A DNA stretch of 64,000 nt, from the NCBI RefSeq assembly GCF_009914755.1, contig NC_060932.1; one strand, given 5' to 3'. The translations under genes were made by a program, and so were the position numbers. The DNA is from the human T2T-CHM13v2.0 reference genome, Homo sapiens. The notes beneath the pieces were generated by a model, which worked only from the letters and a program-made list of their open reading frames with translations, was not told the origin of the DNA and ran no database searches. Shown here one piece after another: positions 42,513 to 58,499 of this stretch (position 1 is its first letter; every line of letters starts with the position of its first letter).

Positions 42513-43416
42513 GGGGAGGAGCCAAGATGGCCGAATAGTAACAGCTCCGGTCTACAGCTCCCAGCGTGAGCGACGCAGAAGACAGGTGATTTCTGCATTT
42601 CCATCTGAGGTACCGGGTTCATCTCACTAGGGAGTGCCAGACAGTGGGCGCAGGCCAGTGTGTGCGCGCACCGTGCGCGAGCCGAAGCAGGGCGAGGCAT
42701 TGCCTCACCTGGGAAGCGCAAGGGGTCAGGGAGTTCCCTTTCCGAGTCAAAGAAAGGGGTGACGGACGCACCTGGAAAATCGGGTCACTCCCACCCGAAT
42801 ATTGCACTTTTCAGACCGGCTTAAAAAACGGCGCACCACGAGACTATATCCCACACCTGGCTCAGAGGGTCCTACACCCACGGAATCTCGCTGATTGCTA
42901 GCACAGCAGTCTGAGATCAAACTGCAAGGCGGCAACGAGGCTGGGGGAGGGGCGCCCGCCATTGCCCAGGCTTGCTTAGGTAAACAAAGCAGCCGGGAAG
43001 CTCGAACTGGGTGGAGCCCACCATAGCTCAAGGAGGCCTGCCTGCCTCTGTAGGCTCCACCTCTGGGGGCAGGGCACAGACAAACAAAAAGACAGCAGTA
43101 ACCTCTGCAGACTTAAGTGTCCTGTCTGACAGCTTTGAAGAGAGCAGTGGTTCTCCCAGCACGCAGCTGGAGATCTGAGAACGGGCAGACTGCCTCCTCA
43201 AGTGGGTCCCTGACCCCTGACCCCCGAGCAGCCTAACTGGGAGGCACCCCCCAGCAGGGGCACACTGACACCTCACACGGCAGGGTATTCCAACAGACCT
43301 GCAGCTGAGGGTCCTGTCTGTTAGAAGGAAAACTAACAACCAGAAAGGACATCTACACCGAAAACCCATCTGTACATCACCATCATCAAAGACCAAAAGT
43401 AGATAAAACCACAAAG
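42513..43416 (+). promoter_or_regulatory. L1 5'UTR CpG-rich internal sense promoter and antisense promoter
   Basis: YY1 motif caagatggc intact near 42523. SOX-type aaacaaa motifs near 42982 and 43082. CpG density far above the flanks. Confidence 0.85.
42747..42962 (-). CDS. ORF0: L1 ORF0, 71 aa, intact (MAGAPPPASLPPCSLISDCC...RCVRHPFL)
   Basis: Internal ATG (42962-42960) of ORF-track 42747..43031 gives 71 codons plus stop, matching recalled primate L1 ORF0. Confidence 0.85.
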   Translation of the reverse strand: MAGAPPPASLPPCSLISDCCASNQRDSVGVGPSEPGVGYSLVVRRFLSRSEKCNIRVGVTRFSRCVRHPFL

Positions 43417-44430
43417 ATGGGGAAAAAACAGAACAGAAAAACTGGAAACTCTAAAACGCAGAGCGCCTCTCCTCCAAAGGAACGCAGTTCCTCACCAGCA
43501 ACGGAACAAAGCTGGATGGAGAATGATTTTGACGAGCTGAGAGAAGAAGGCTTCAGACGATCAAATTACTCTGAGCTACGGGAGGACATTCAAACCAAAG
43601 GCAAAGAAGTTGAAAACTTTGAAAAAAATTTAGAAGAATGTATAACTAGAATAACCAATACAGAGAAGTGCTTAAAGGAGCTGATGGAGCTGAAAACCAA
43701 GGCTCGAGAACTACGTGAAGAATGCAGAAGCCTCAGGAGCTGATGCGATCAACTGGAAGAAAGGGTATCAGCAATGGAAGATGAAATGAATGAAATGAAG
43801 CGAGAAGGGAAGTTTAGAGAAAAAAGAATAAAAAGAAATGAGCAAAGCCTCCAAGAAATATGGGACTATGTGAAAAGACCAAATCTACGTCTGATTGGTG
43901 TACCTGAAAGTGATGGGGAGAATGGAACCAAGTTGGAAAACACTCTGCAGGATATTATCCAGGAGAACTTCCCCAATCTAGCAAGGCAGGCCAACGTTCA
44001 GATTCAGGAAATACAGAGAACGCCACAAAGATACTCCTCGAGAAGAGCAACTCCAAGACACATAATTGTCAGATTCACCAAAGTTGAAATGAAGGAAAAA
44101 ATGTTAAGGGCAGCCAGAGAGAAAGGTCGGGTTACCCACAAAGGGAAGCCCATCAGACTAACAGCTGATCTCTCGGCAGAAACCCTACAAGCCAGAAGAG
44201 ACTGGGGGCCAATATTCAACATTCTTAAAGAAAAGAATTTTCAACCCAGAATTTCATATCCAGCCAAACTAAGCTTCATAAGTGAAGGAGAAATAAAATA
44301 CTTTATAGACAAGCAAATGCTGAGAGATTTTGTCACCACCAGGCCTGCCCTAAAAGAGCTCCTGAAGGAAGCACTAAACATGGAAAGGAACAACCGGTAC
44401 CAGCCGCTGCAAAATCATGCCAAAATGTAA
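43417..44430 (+). pseudogene. L1 ORF1: L1 ORF1p, disrupted
   Basis: MGKKQNRK...QNHAKM. Premature TGA at 43741-43743 (CGA>TGA in RSRCDQ). One Pro codon missing (SPPKER vs SPPPKER), giving 337 instead of 338 codons. Confidence 0.95.
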
Positions 44431-44493
44431 AGACCATCTAGACTAGGAAGAAACTGCATCAACTAACGAGCAAAATCACCAGCTAACATCATA

Positions 44494-48317
<3,824 letters not shown>

Positions 48318-48580
48318 ACAATGAGATCACATGGACACAGGAAGGGGAATATCACACTCTGGGGACTGTGGTGGGGTCGGGGGAGGGGGGAGGGATAGCA
48401 TTGGGAGATATACCTAATGCTAGATGACACGTTAGTGGGTGCAGCGCACCAGCATGGCACATGTATACATATGTAACTAACCTGCACAATGTGCACATGT
48501 ACCCTAAAACTTAAAGTATAATTAAAAAAAAACAAAAACAAAAACAAAAAAAAAAAAAAAAAAAAAAAAAAGACACTACA

Positions 48581-49045
48581 GGATGACCTGGCCTTCTGTT
48601 AGACCCCTTTCCCTCCCTACACCCCTGCCACACAGGCCTCCCTGCCTGTCCTCAAATATGCCTGGCAACTGGCAACTCCTCAGGGAGAGCCTTCCACTGC
48701 TATTCCCTCTGCCTGGAGTGGTCTTCCCCACAGACCTCAATTGCTCATCTCCTTGAAATCTTGGCTCAAATGTTACCTTGTCAGTGATGCTCTCCCTATC
48801 TCCTCTATTTAACATTGCAACATTCCCTTTTACTCAAATATCCTTGTCTCCACAGCACTTACCACTTTATAGCACACTATATACTTTATTGATTATGCTT
48901 TATTATCTTGCCCTTTCCCACCTCAAAATAGAATATAAGGTTAGGAAGGTAGGAATTTTTTTCCATTTTGTTCACTGCTGTGTACCCAGCTCCTGGGACA
49001 GTCCTGGCGCCCAACTGCTTGATATTTATTGAATGAATGAATGTA
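48581..49045 (+). mobile_element. L2 3' relic (host of the L1 insertion)
   Basis: ctgctattccctctgcctggag...ttttgttcactgctgtgtacccagc...tatttattgaatgaatgaatg (L2 terminal repeat). Confidence 0.75.
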
Positions 49046-49949
49046 CAGGAGAATGGCTTTGAACATGCACTGTGTAATCAGATAGATTTGGGCTTGAATT
49101 TCAACTCTGTCACTATTAGCTGTCTGACTCTAGGCAAACAGTGCATGTTAACAGTTGTGGTACAGTGCCCAGCATATAGGAAATGTCTCTTTTTGTTTAG
49201 CTATCATTATTAAAACATAATTATGATTATCACTGAATATAAGCTTCATTCTTCCAAGAGAATGGTGATAAATTATAATTTATTTTAACTAATAATCAAA
49301 CTTTTAAGGAATATGCCACATAGATCAAAACAGGACTAAGGACTGTGATTCATTTGCCAGCAGCCAATTCTTTTTGCATCAGTAAAAAAAAAAAAAAAAA
49401 AAAATGGTATGCATGAACACCCTTCATGAAAAGAATAAAGCTCCCTATCTTCCTTTTAGGGGAAAAGTTAGGAAATACTGGTTTCTATTATTTTTCCAAA
49501 TAAAATATAACATCGGACATTGGACAAGCATAAACTTGAGCTAAACATCAAGGAATCACTTTATAGTAGCATTGGACTGTGAAACCAACCAGATGAGGAG
49601 GTGGCTCTCCCAAATGATGAGTCACTTAAACATACAGGAAGAAGAACTAGAAACTTTTTCCTGTATGTCCTCTAATACATTGCAAATATTTATAAAATAA
49701 ATGGCAAGTGTCTGATGATATTAAATTACCCAGGTATTTTTCTTAGAGGTAAGAATTACATATAAGTAGACAGCATTTAATTCTATTGGTTCAACCTTTT
49801 GGCTCTGAGCAACACCCATTTTATCTCTAGTAAAATATTTGTGTGAGAAAATATATGTCTCAGAAACTCAATTCCAATTTCTCTGAAATGTGGGAGTTGG
49901 ATCAGTTATTATCTAAGCCTCCTTCTGGCTCTAACAGTCAGAGACTCAA

Positions 49950-51065
49950 TGACGTAGGGAATCTTGTTTTCCCATATCCCCCACTCTGACTCCATCCAAT
50001 TCATCACAAAGTTCTGGTGATCTGACTCTAAATTATAGTTTAAATCAGTCTACCTTTATGGTAATCACCTTGGTATTTACTCACCTGGACTAACTCAAGA
50101 GCTTCCTAACACACACTCTGACACCTCTCCAACCTTTACACCCACAGAGTAGCCAGAGTGGTCCTTTTATAACAAAAATTTCATTCTCTTTATTTCCCTG
50201 CTGTATTAGTCCGTTTTCATGCTGCTGATAAAGACATACCCAAGACTGGGTAATTTACAATGAAAAGACATTTAATAGACTCACAGTTCCATGTGGCTGG
50301 GCGGGGCCTCACAATCATGGCAGAAGGTGAAAGGCACATCTTACATGGTGACAGACAAGAGAGAATGAGAGCCAAAGGAAAGGGAAAACCTCTTATAAAA
50401 CCATCAGATCTGATGAGACTGATTCACTACCACGAGAACAGTATGGGGTAAACTGCCCCCATGATTCAATTTTCTCCCACTGGGTCCCTCCCACAACACG
50501 TGGGGATTATGGGAGCTAATATTCAAGATGAGATTTGGGTGGGGACACAGCCAAACGATATCACCTGCTTAAAACCTTTTGATAATTTCCTGTTGCACTT
50601 AATATAACATCTCAAAATCTTCACATGGATAATAGATGAGATGCCATCTGGCAAGGGCTCTCCCTGCCTCCTCTCCCCTCCTTGCCATCAGGCCACACTC
50701 TGCTTTCCAGGTTCTCAGCTGCATTGTGGTCATTCACACGCATTGATTCATCTGCATGCCTACTCTGACCCTTCAACCTCACAAAAAAATGTCTCCTTCT
50801 CAAAGAGGGCTTCTTGGAGTCCTCATTGTAAATTTCATTCCTCCCCATTCTTTCACTTCATGACACTTGTCATGATCTCCAGATATGCATCCCTTTATGT
50901 GTCTCTTTGCTCCCCGTCCCTGTCTCTTTTTATATGCTAAGCTCTTGGAGGACAAGGGCTATGTTTGATTTGTTCATTACTGTATAACTAGCACCCAGCA
51001 GAACTCCTAGCATACAGTTGGCAATCAACAAATATTTGTGGAATAAATAAATAGATGAATGAAGA
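49950..51065 (+). mobile_element. L2 relic interrupted by a THE1 solo LTR
   Basis: tcacctggactaac...cacagagtagccagagtggtcctttt...ttgttcattactgtataactagcacccagca...aaatatttgtggaataaataaatagatgaatgaa. Confidence 0.7.
50202..50563 (-). mobile_element. THE1 (B-like) solo LTR
   Basis: tgtattagtccgttttcatgctgctgataaagacatacc...gccaaacgatatca. Perfect TSD cctgc (50197-50201 / 50564-50568). Confidence 0.93.
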
Positions 51066-53274
51066 GTATTAGCAACTCTATGAAGGGGAAGGCAAGAATA
51101 TGAGTGTTCTTTACGTTAACATCCTATGAAGTAATTTTAAATAACATACACAATGCAATTTGAATTCATAAGAATTTATTAAATCCAAGGTATTATGTTT
51201 TGCTTTTATATAATTAAAAAATCATTGTTCATAGATTAACCCACCAGTAGCATTTTACTGGGAAAAAATATTGTGAAGTTCTGCTTAAGGTTCTACACAA
51301 TAATGGTTGTATGAACCAAATGATAAACTTAGTATTAAAAGATATGGATTCATGTTTTATGACTCAAACACTATGATCATAGTATTATTGACCATGTGAC
51401 ATTAACCAAGCCATTTAGTAAACAACTGTGTGCTTAATAACCATCTAACGTAATTTGGTAAACAATGATTGAGGCTATATCAAACATGTATATTTCTTGT
51501 TTTATTGTAATTAACAAATAGAAGACAATACACTGGATTATTGGAAATGAATATACCACAAAGGATGTCCATAGTTTTACAGTACCTTTAAGTATCTGTT
51601 AAAGGAGAGCATTTAACTAGTATTACAATTATTAGCAAGAAACTGACCTCAGTATATTTCTTATGTTTTTTTTTTCACCTTTTCTATTCCCCCTCCAGTT
51701 AGGTTCCTTGAATTCTAGAATGAGTTAGAAAATGACTAAGTTATAAAATTTTCTCAGATAATGTTGGGAATGTGGTATGGCAAACAGAAGGAAAGAAAAC
51801 CAAGCCAAGGCTTGGAGACTAAATGAGGTGAAGAGGATGTGGGAATCTACTCTGAAGTAAGCTTCACTAAACGTGAGGATGCAGCCATAGGGCATCCTAT
51901 GGCAATGAGGATAAATTGGTAGCACATTTCCATGCCCAGATATCTGAAAAATAGAGATAATGATCCCTGGCCCTAGCAACCAATGAGGAATATTGAGAGA
52001 ATAAATTAGATACAGTTTTCCTTTGCAGGAAAAGCAATATATAATTTATGATATTATTATTATAATCATTAGTCATCTTTGCCTAGATTTATGGAGTGAC
52101 TCATCCTAAATTAAGCCTTTGGAACAATGAGAAGAGGGAAATTTATGAGACCTACAATGATTTTCTAGTCTCATAAAAGATTGTAGTACTTGATTCTTGA
52201 GATGCTGAAATATCTCTGTCTCTTAACAGGATGCTATAAGAACCGTCCTTTGATTCATTATTTGATAAGTCTTTCAAGTCCCCATTCTCTTGCTCCTCTG
52301 GGGCTAATAATTCAGCTAGCATTTTAACACTCACCTTGACTGTCAATAAATTATTTTAACTTACCTTTAGAGTATCTGCTTTTTCTCTCCTCTTCCTATG
52401 AGAATAACAATTGTTACAATTTTATTCCCCATAATTTATCTACATATTCAGTAAATATTTTTAAGCACCTATAATAGGCAAGGCAATGAGTTAGGTACAG
52501 AGATATAAGGAGAGTGAGATCCTTCCCATATCTCGCGGAGCTAGAGAATATAACTAAGGATCAGCTCTGAGAAATATCTTAAGAAAGAATTATCAGGTCA
52601 CAAAGATTGATCAGATATAGAGTGCAAAAGAGAGGGAAGAATACAGAAGAGGCCAAATTTCTTCTCCAGCTAGACTGGATGGAGAATGGCATCATTAGCC
52701 AGATAGGAAACAGATTTGAGAAAAAGACAACCAACTCTGTTTCAGGCTTGTTAAGCTGAGGTTGAATAACAGATCCAGGAAGAAGCTTGAGCCATGGGTC
52801 TGAGGCTTAGGAAAGAGGCCAGGACTGGAGACATAGGTCTTGGAATTCATCCAAAGAGATCCTGGGAAGAGGTGACTACTCAGTGAGAGAATACAAAACA
52901 AGAAGGAAAGACAGGGGCATCTGGTGATAAAAACTGAAAGAAAGGAAGAGACAACTAGGTAATTTTTGAAAGACATAAACAGGGTACAAAGGGCTAATGA
53001 AAAGAAAATAAATGACAGGAATAGATAGAAAATGGCAGAGAGATGGAAGAGGAAGAGAGTAAAGTCCCAGAGTTGTGGCCAAGGGCAACATATTGGAAGG
53101 GTTAGCCTTGCAAAGGAGCCTCTGTCTCTCTCTCCCTCTCTCTCTCAGCAGGAGACAGTGAGGAAGGAACAAATACTGATACATATTTTAGATAGGATAC
53201 AGCAGACTTCAAAGGAAGAACTGTTGATTGGAAGTATGAAAAGTTGGATTAGTAAAGGTTGTGATGTTCCGAGA

Positions 53275-53490
53275 AAACGACAACATGTAGAGAAGAACCT
53301 GGGCTTTGGAATGAGACCAGACCTAGATTTAAATTGCAGCGTTTACACTTGGTAACACCGTAACCTTGGGCACATACTTTTTATCTAATTGAGCTTCAGT
53401 TTTGTCTTCTGTAGAAATGGCAAGTAAAAAGAACTATTTCATAAGGCTGTTTCCAGGATTAAGAAAGAGATTGTGTATGGAAGCACCTAG
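53275..53490 (+). mobile_element. MIR relic
   Basis: gggctttggaatgagaccagacctagattt...aaccttgggc...gagcttcagttttgtcttctgtagaaatgg. Confidence 0.7.
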
Positions 53491-53549
53491 TTCTTGCCTG
53501 GGCTTCCTTGAGGAATGAATCCTGAGGATAAGCTGGACCAAAATACAGA

Positions 53550-53735
53550 GCAGTGGTTCTTCTCAACCTCAATGTGCATCAGCATCAGCTGAAGAACTCC
53601 TCTAAACACAGGTTTTAGGCCTCACCCAGAATCAGTTTCTGTTTCAGTAGGTCTGGGGTAGGGCTTGAAAATCTGTATTTCTAGTAAGTTCCCAAGTGGC
53701 ACTGACACTGCCAGTCCACAAACCACTCTTAGAGG
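53550..53735. mobile_element. MER5A/B relic
   Basis: cagtggttcttctcaacc...tcagtaggtctggggtagggc...tttctagtaagttcccaag. Confidence 0.7.
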
Positions 53736-54145
53736 ATCTCTGAGGTAGGCACAAAAATCATCCAAGGGAAAAGGTCAAAGTGGTAAGAGATTTTATTGGC
53801 CCTAGAATACACGTTCCAGAAGAAGATGACCACATCTCTTTTTAGAGTATATTTTCCCTTCATTTGCTTTATTCATCATTCTGTCTCTAGAACCTTGGCC
53901 ATACTATCTTAAGAGCAGGCACTGTTATCCCAGAGTTCCAAGAACCTGGTGCAAGAGCTGAAATTTAACGGGAACTCATCCAGCTGAATGGCTGGAGCAG
54001 TGAATGCAGAAAGAGAACTCTGAATTGCCTGAAGATAGAGGCACACAAGAGGCTAGTGGTTCCCAGTGTCTCCCCAAAAGGAGTTGAGCAAAGACCACCA
54101 GGAAATGGCAGGCAGGAGTTTGGGAGTCAGCCTGAGGAATCATGG

Positions 54146-54273
54146 TTTTGTTTGTTTTTGTTTTGTAAAGACGGTGTCTTGCCATCTTGCCCAGGCTGGT
54201 CTCGAACTCCTGGGCTCAAGCGACCATCCTGTTTCAGCCTCCCAAAATGCTGGGATTATAATTGCATTCAGCC
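54146..54273 (-). mobile_element. FLAM-type Alu monomer
   Basis: Single monomer. TSD aggaatcatggtttt (54135-54149) / aggaaacatggtttt (54274-54288). Confidence 0.85.
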
Positions 54274-55603
54274 AGGAAACATGGTTTTAGAAACAAGTAG
54301 GAACTGTCAACGTTTATATATTATTTTAATTTTGCTCTGTCTTTTCAATATTGCATGGTGCAAGTGTTTAATATTTCACGTTTCTGGGTTTTTTATTTTA
54401 AATCACTTTTTATTTCTCATATTCTTTTCCCTGGCTCCAAAGTATCTTTATTGCTAAATAGTAGTTTATAACCCTTTGCCATGGATCAGATTATCTTTGA
54501 GCACTTACATTTCCCTGTTTTGCTCCTAATTCCTTCCCATTGTATTATTCAATTATTCCATTCTGTTGCATCCATTATTCACTACATTTTTTTTTCAAAC
54601 AATTGATTCTGCAGAAATCGAATACCCTCATTTTTCATTTCTTGGTTGGAGTTACTTTGTAGAAACTCAACTAGATTATGGCTCCTAATGCACTAATGCT
54701 CTGCTGAGCGCATGTTGCCCCGCATTTTTATAAGTTCTGAATATAAAGTCAAAACCCATTCCTTTTCAAGATTCTCCTTTCATATATCGTTTAAGAAAAT
54801 TGCTCAACCATCTAGCTTGCTTCTACTTAGTCCCTGACTCATTTCCTTACTGCTGAATACCCCATCATCCTTCCTACATTTATATTTTTAGAGCCAAGTT
54901 AACTTGATATTTAGTTGCCCAGTGTCACTGCAGCTGTGCTCTGCAGCAGGAACTGGAGAGAACAGAGGCACAAGGACAACCCTGGTTAGGATATTAGTCA
55001 GGTATCAACCCTTTTCTCCTCTCTGCATCCAGCTTCTTACTATACCTCACCTGTGATCTCTTTCATTAATACATTTTTGACATATTTTTCAGTTTTCTTA
55101 AACATACATTGCTTAATCCCTTGCTTTGTGCATGGTGAATACTCAAAGCCTTCATCGTAGGAATGACTAAATGACAAGTGGATGAAACACAGACCTATCA
55201 CAGCTTGATCCTGTCCACTTGCTTAGCTACTGTCTTATTGTTACTCAGGATGCCTTGCAGTTCCCTAAATTTGCCATGCTCGCTCATGCCTGCAAACCAT
55301 TGTGTGGGTCACTCCCTTCCCAGTCTGCTTTCTCTGACTAGCTTTGGCATTACTTCCTTCTTCAGAAAATCACCCCTGCCCCTCTCCCTGGGGTGGGTAG
55401 CCCTCTGACATCCTAAAAACATCCTGACTTCTTTGCTCTAAAATCGTATTTCCATTTTCAGCTTGCTTGTCCTGCTCCTTAACTGGACTGTGAGCAACTG
55501 AAAAGCAGGGTCTGTATCCCAGGCACAGTTGTAATCCCAGCTCCTTCCTCGATGCCCAAACGGTGGTGTTTGCAATAATTGAGGCTATGCTGAAAGGCAG
55601 GGG

Positions 55604-55963
55604 TGTATTAGTCCATTCCTGCACTACTAATAAAGACATTCCTGAGACTGGGTAACTTATAAAGAAAATGAGTTTTAATGGACTCACAGTTCCACATGGC
55701 TGGGGAGGCCTTACAATCATGGCAGAAGGCAAAGGAGGAGCAAAGTCATGTCTTACATGGTGGCAGGCAAGAGAGCGTGTGCAGGGGAACTCTCCTTGAT
55801 AAAAACATCAGATCTCATGAGATTTATTCACTATCACGAGAATAGCATAAGAAAGACCCACCCCCATGATTCAATTAACTCCCACCAGGTCCCTCCCAAG
55901 ACATGTGAGAATCAGGAGGGCTACAATTTGAGATTTGAGTGGGGACACAGCCAAATCATATCA
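55604..55963 (-). mobile_element. THE1 (C/D-like) solo LTR
   Basis: tgtattagtccatt...gccaaatcatatca. Perfect TSD agggg (55599-55603 / 55964-55968). Confidence 0.92.
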
Positions 55964-56594
55964 AGGGGTTATTCTAGCATGGATAGCTGCCATAGACATG
56001 GAGAAGAGTGGCAAGATGTGAGATACTACAGAAAGAAAATGGGGCAGCTCATGGGGCAGCTCATGAGACACAGGGCAATGGAAGGGGAGAAGTCAAACAT
56101 GGCAGCCAGGAACTGGGAGATGCCTTCTCACCTGCCACAGATGATTACAGGTACTCATCACCCTAACAGAGGCCTGGAAATTTAAGTTTTCTTAACAGAA
56201 CACAAGTTTTCCTATACCAGATAGCTTATTCTGCAGTGTTTAAATAAAGTACCATTTATTGAAACAATGCAATAAAAATGACTAAATTAACTTTTATGAA
56301 ATTCTGAATAATACAAAGCAATATATAGGTCGTTAAAAAATAGTCCTGGAATCAAAGAGGGAGGGCACATGATGCCATTCATACTGAGGCAGATTTCCTT
56401 ATTCTTGTTTCTTTTCCTTTCTCCTAGCTACAGCCCAGCACAAGCACCCTTTCTCTGGGCTTCTTTCCAGCTCTTAACCAGTGGGATTACACTTGTCAAA
56501 CACTGGTGTGACACTGTCTTAAGCCTTCTGAGAATAACAATGTCTCAACTCTTAAAATCTCAAGACTTAATTCCTCCTTTTTGGAGTAATTATG

Positions 56595-56816
56595 CCTTTT
56601 CCCCACTTCTCCACCTCCTTCCTCTCTCTGTCTCTGTCTCTCTTTGTGTCTCTGTATCTGTTTTTCTCTGTGTATGTCTCCTTCTCTCTCTTCCTTTCTC
56701 CCCTTCTCTCTCCTCTCCTTTCTCCTTTTCCTCCTCTTTCTGCTACTGCTTCATCTTCCTCCTCTTCCTCCTTTCCTTCTTTCTCTTCTCTCTCTTTCTC
56801 TTTCACACACACACAC
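56595..56816. repeat. CT-rich low-complexity tract ending in short (CA)n
   Basis: About 200 bp that is nearly all pyrimidine on the + strand. Confidence 0.9.
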
Positions 56817-58199
56817 TCCATGTTTGTTCCTACCATATGAGCTTTACATGGATGAAAATGTATTCTCTAATAACATCTCCCCAAGCAGTTCCTAGTGCTC
56901 ACCCCCTCCCATCATATTTTGGTGAAAAACACCCTGTAACTTAACACTTAGAAAACAGAACTTAACACTGATTCCTAATTGCGTCAAAAACTGACATGGG
57001 CTAGAAGAATTTAAAATCAATGCATTGTTCCATGATCTTTCCATTTTCCACTTGTGTAAATCCTGCCTTTCCTTCCAGATCCAGCATCCAATCCATGCCA
57101 TACAGGGAACCTTTCCCAAGTCCCAGCCCTCAGCTAACAAATCCTCCTCTTAATTCTTATTGCATGTATTTTTGTAACAATAGAAATGAAGCACTTGTTT
57201 CTTAAACATTGTCCATGGATAGTTCCTCAGAAAAGGCACTAACTAGTCTTTCCTTTAGGATTCCCTTGCCCCTAGCAGTGTCCAGGACCAGACAGCACTC
57301 AATCCACTCAATAACTACTTGTTACATTTAACGAACTGCCTTTGTGTTTCAAGCCACAGCTTAGTTCCCTTTTTGGAATAAACGTTTGGTGATGCTTCTG
57401 AGAACATTTCATGAGAAATAGATGTTAGTACCACACACAAAAGTTGCTTCTTACCATATAATTTTGACTCAAATTCTGGTCCTCGCTAGAGAGCCAAGTG
57501 GTCTGTGTTTTCTCATCTTGCTGTGTAAGACATCCCCATTACTCTTCATCTAAGAAGCCTTCATGCACTCCCAGGAGCCCAGTACATTAGAAGGCAACCT
57601 CCAGGTAAGCAAAGACTCTGCCTCTCATGCTGTCTGCCCAAGTCCCTCACTGCACACTTCTCTGCAGGAAAAAAGCAGCCCTGAGCCAGCAGGGAGGGAG
57701 AGAGGGAGGGCCAGGGTGAAGCGCTGTGGTGGAGCCCTCCCTCCATCCATCCACTGTGCTGCGTGGGAGCCAAGTGCAGGTGCACGAGGGCTGGTGCCTG
57801 CCAGCCTGATTACCCTCATCATGGAAGCTGCCAGACGACTTCAGCACATTCTGTGGCATGGAAACTGCCGAGAAAGAACACTGTCAGCAGTGGCATTTCT
57901 AACGCAGGGAAACAAAGTATGAAGCAGAAGAAAAAGACAAAAGCCCACCCACCCACCCACTGAGGCTGTACCCAAAACATCTTGGCAAGAATATAACTCC
58001 TGACTCCCTGTGAAAGGAAGATGTCCCAGAGGGGCCCTGATACTAGCACTGTTTTACATTGGTGATTAAAGATTAGAAAAAAGTAGAAACCATGTCATTA
58101 TCAAAGCCTGGCACTGTAAATAGGTGTTACACAACTCCATGTACTTCCTGACTCCCTTCTTTGATGTTTTGTCCAGTATTTACATTCATATCTATCCAA

Positions 58200-58470
58200 T
58201 CCATATATGTATATGTCTAATATATAGTATATATATTTTTATATATTATATGTAGCATATATTTATATATATAGTATATACAGATGAATGATATGTAATC
58301 CATATATTCATGTGTAATACATAGTATTTTTTACTATATATTACACACACCATATAAAAATATATATTAGTATATTATATATACTATATATAAAAATATA
58401 GTATATTTTTATATATATTACACATATGAATATATGGATTACATACCATTCATCTGTATATATCATTCAT
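58200..58470. repeat. TA-rich low-complexity region with nested inverted repeats
   Basis: TA-dinucleotide mosaic. Arms 58275-58319 / 58416-58462 and 58385-58400 / 58402-58417. Confidence 0.9.
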
Positions 58471-58499
58471 CCAGAGTTTTTGTGCCATATTCAGCTATC

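Noticed and set aside
49384-49404. A21 tract ~800 bp after the L1 as a possible 3' transduction tail
   Set aside because: The L1 TSD directly follows the L1's own tail at 48569-48580, and no TSD or clear poly(A) signal flanks this tract.
56369-56944. 191-aa ORF and overlapping ORFs
   Set aside because: Produced by a CT-rich low-complexity tract that lacks stop codons. The L/S/F-rich peptide has no domain features.
57530-57610. Possible 75-nt + strand exon ending CAG|GTAAGC
   Set aside because: The acceptor is weak (gtgtaag), two of three frames have stops and the third peptide is unrecognisable.
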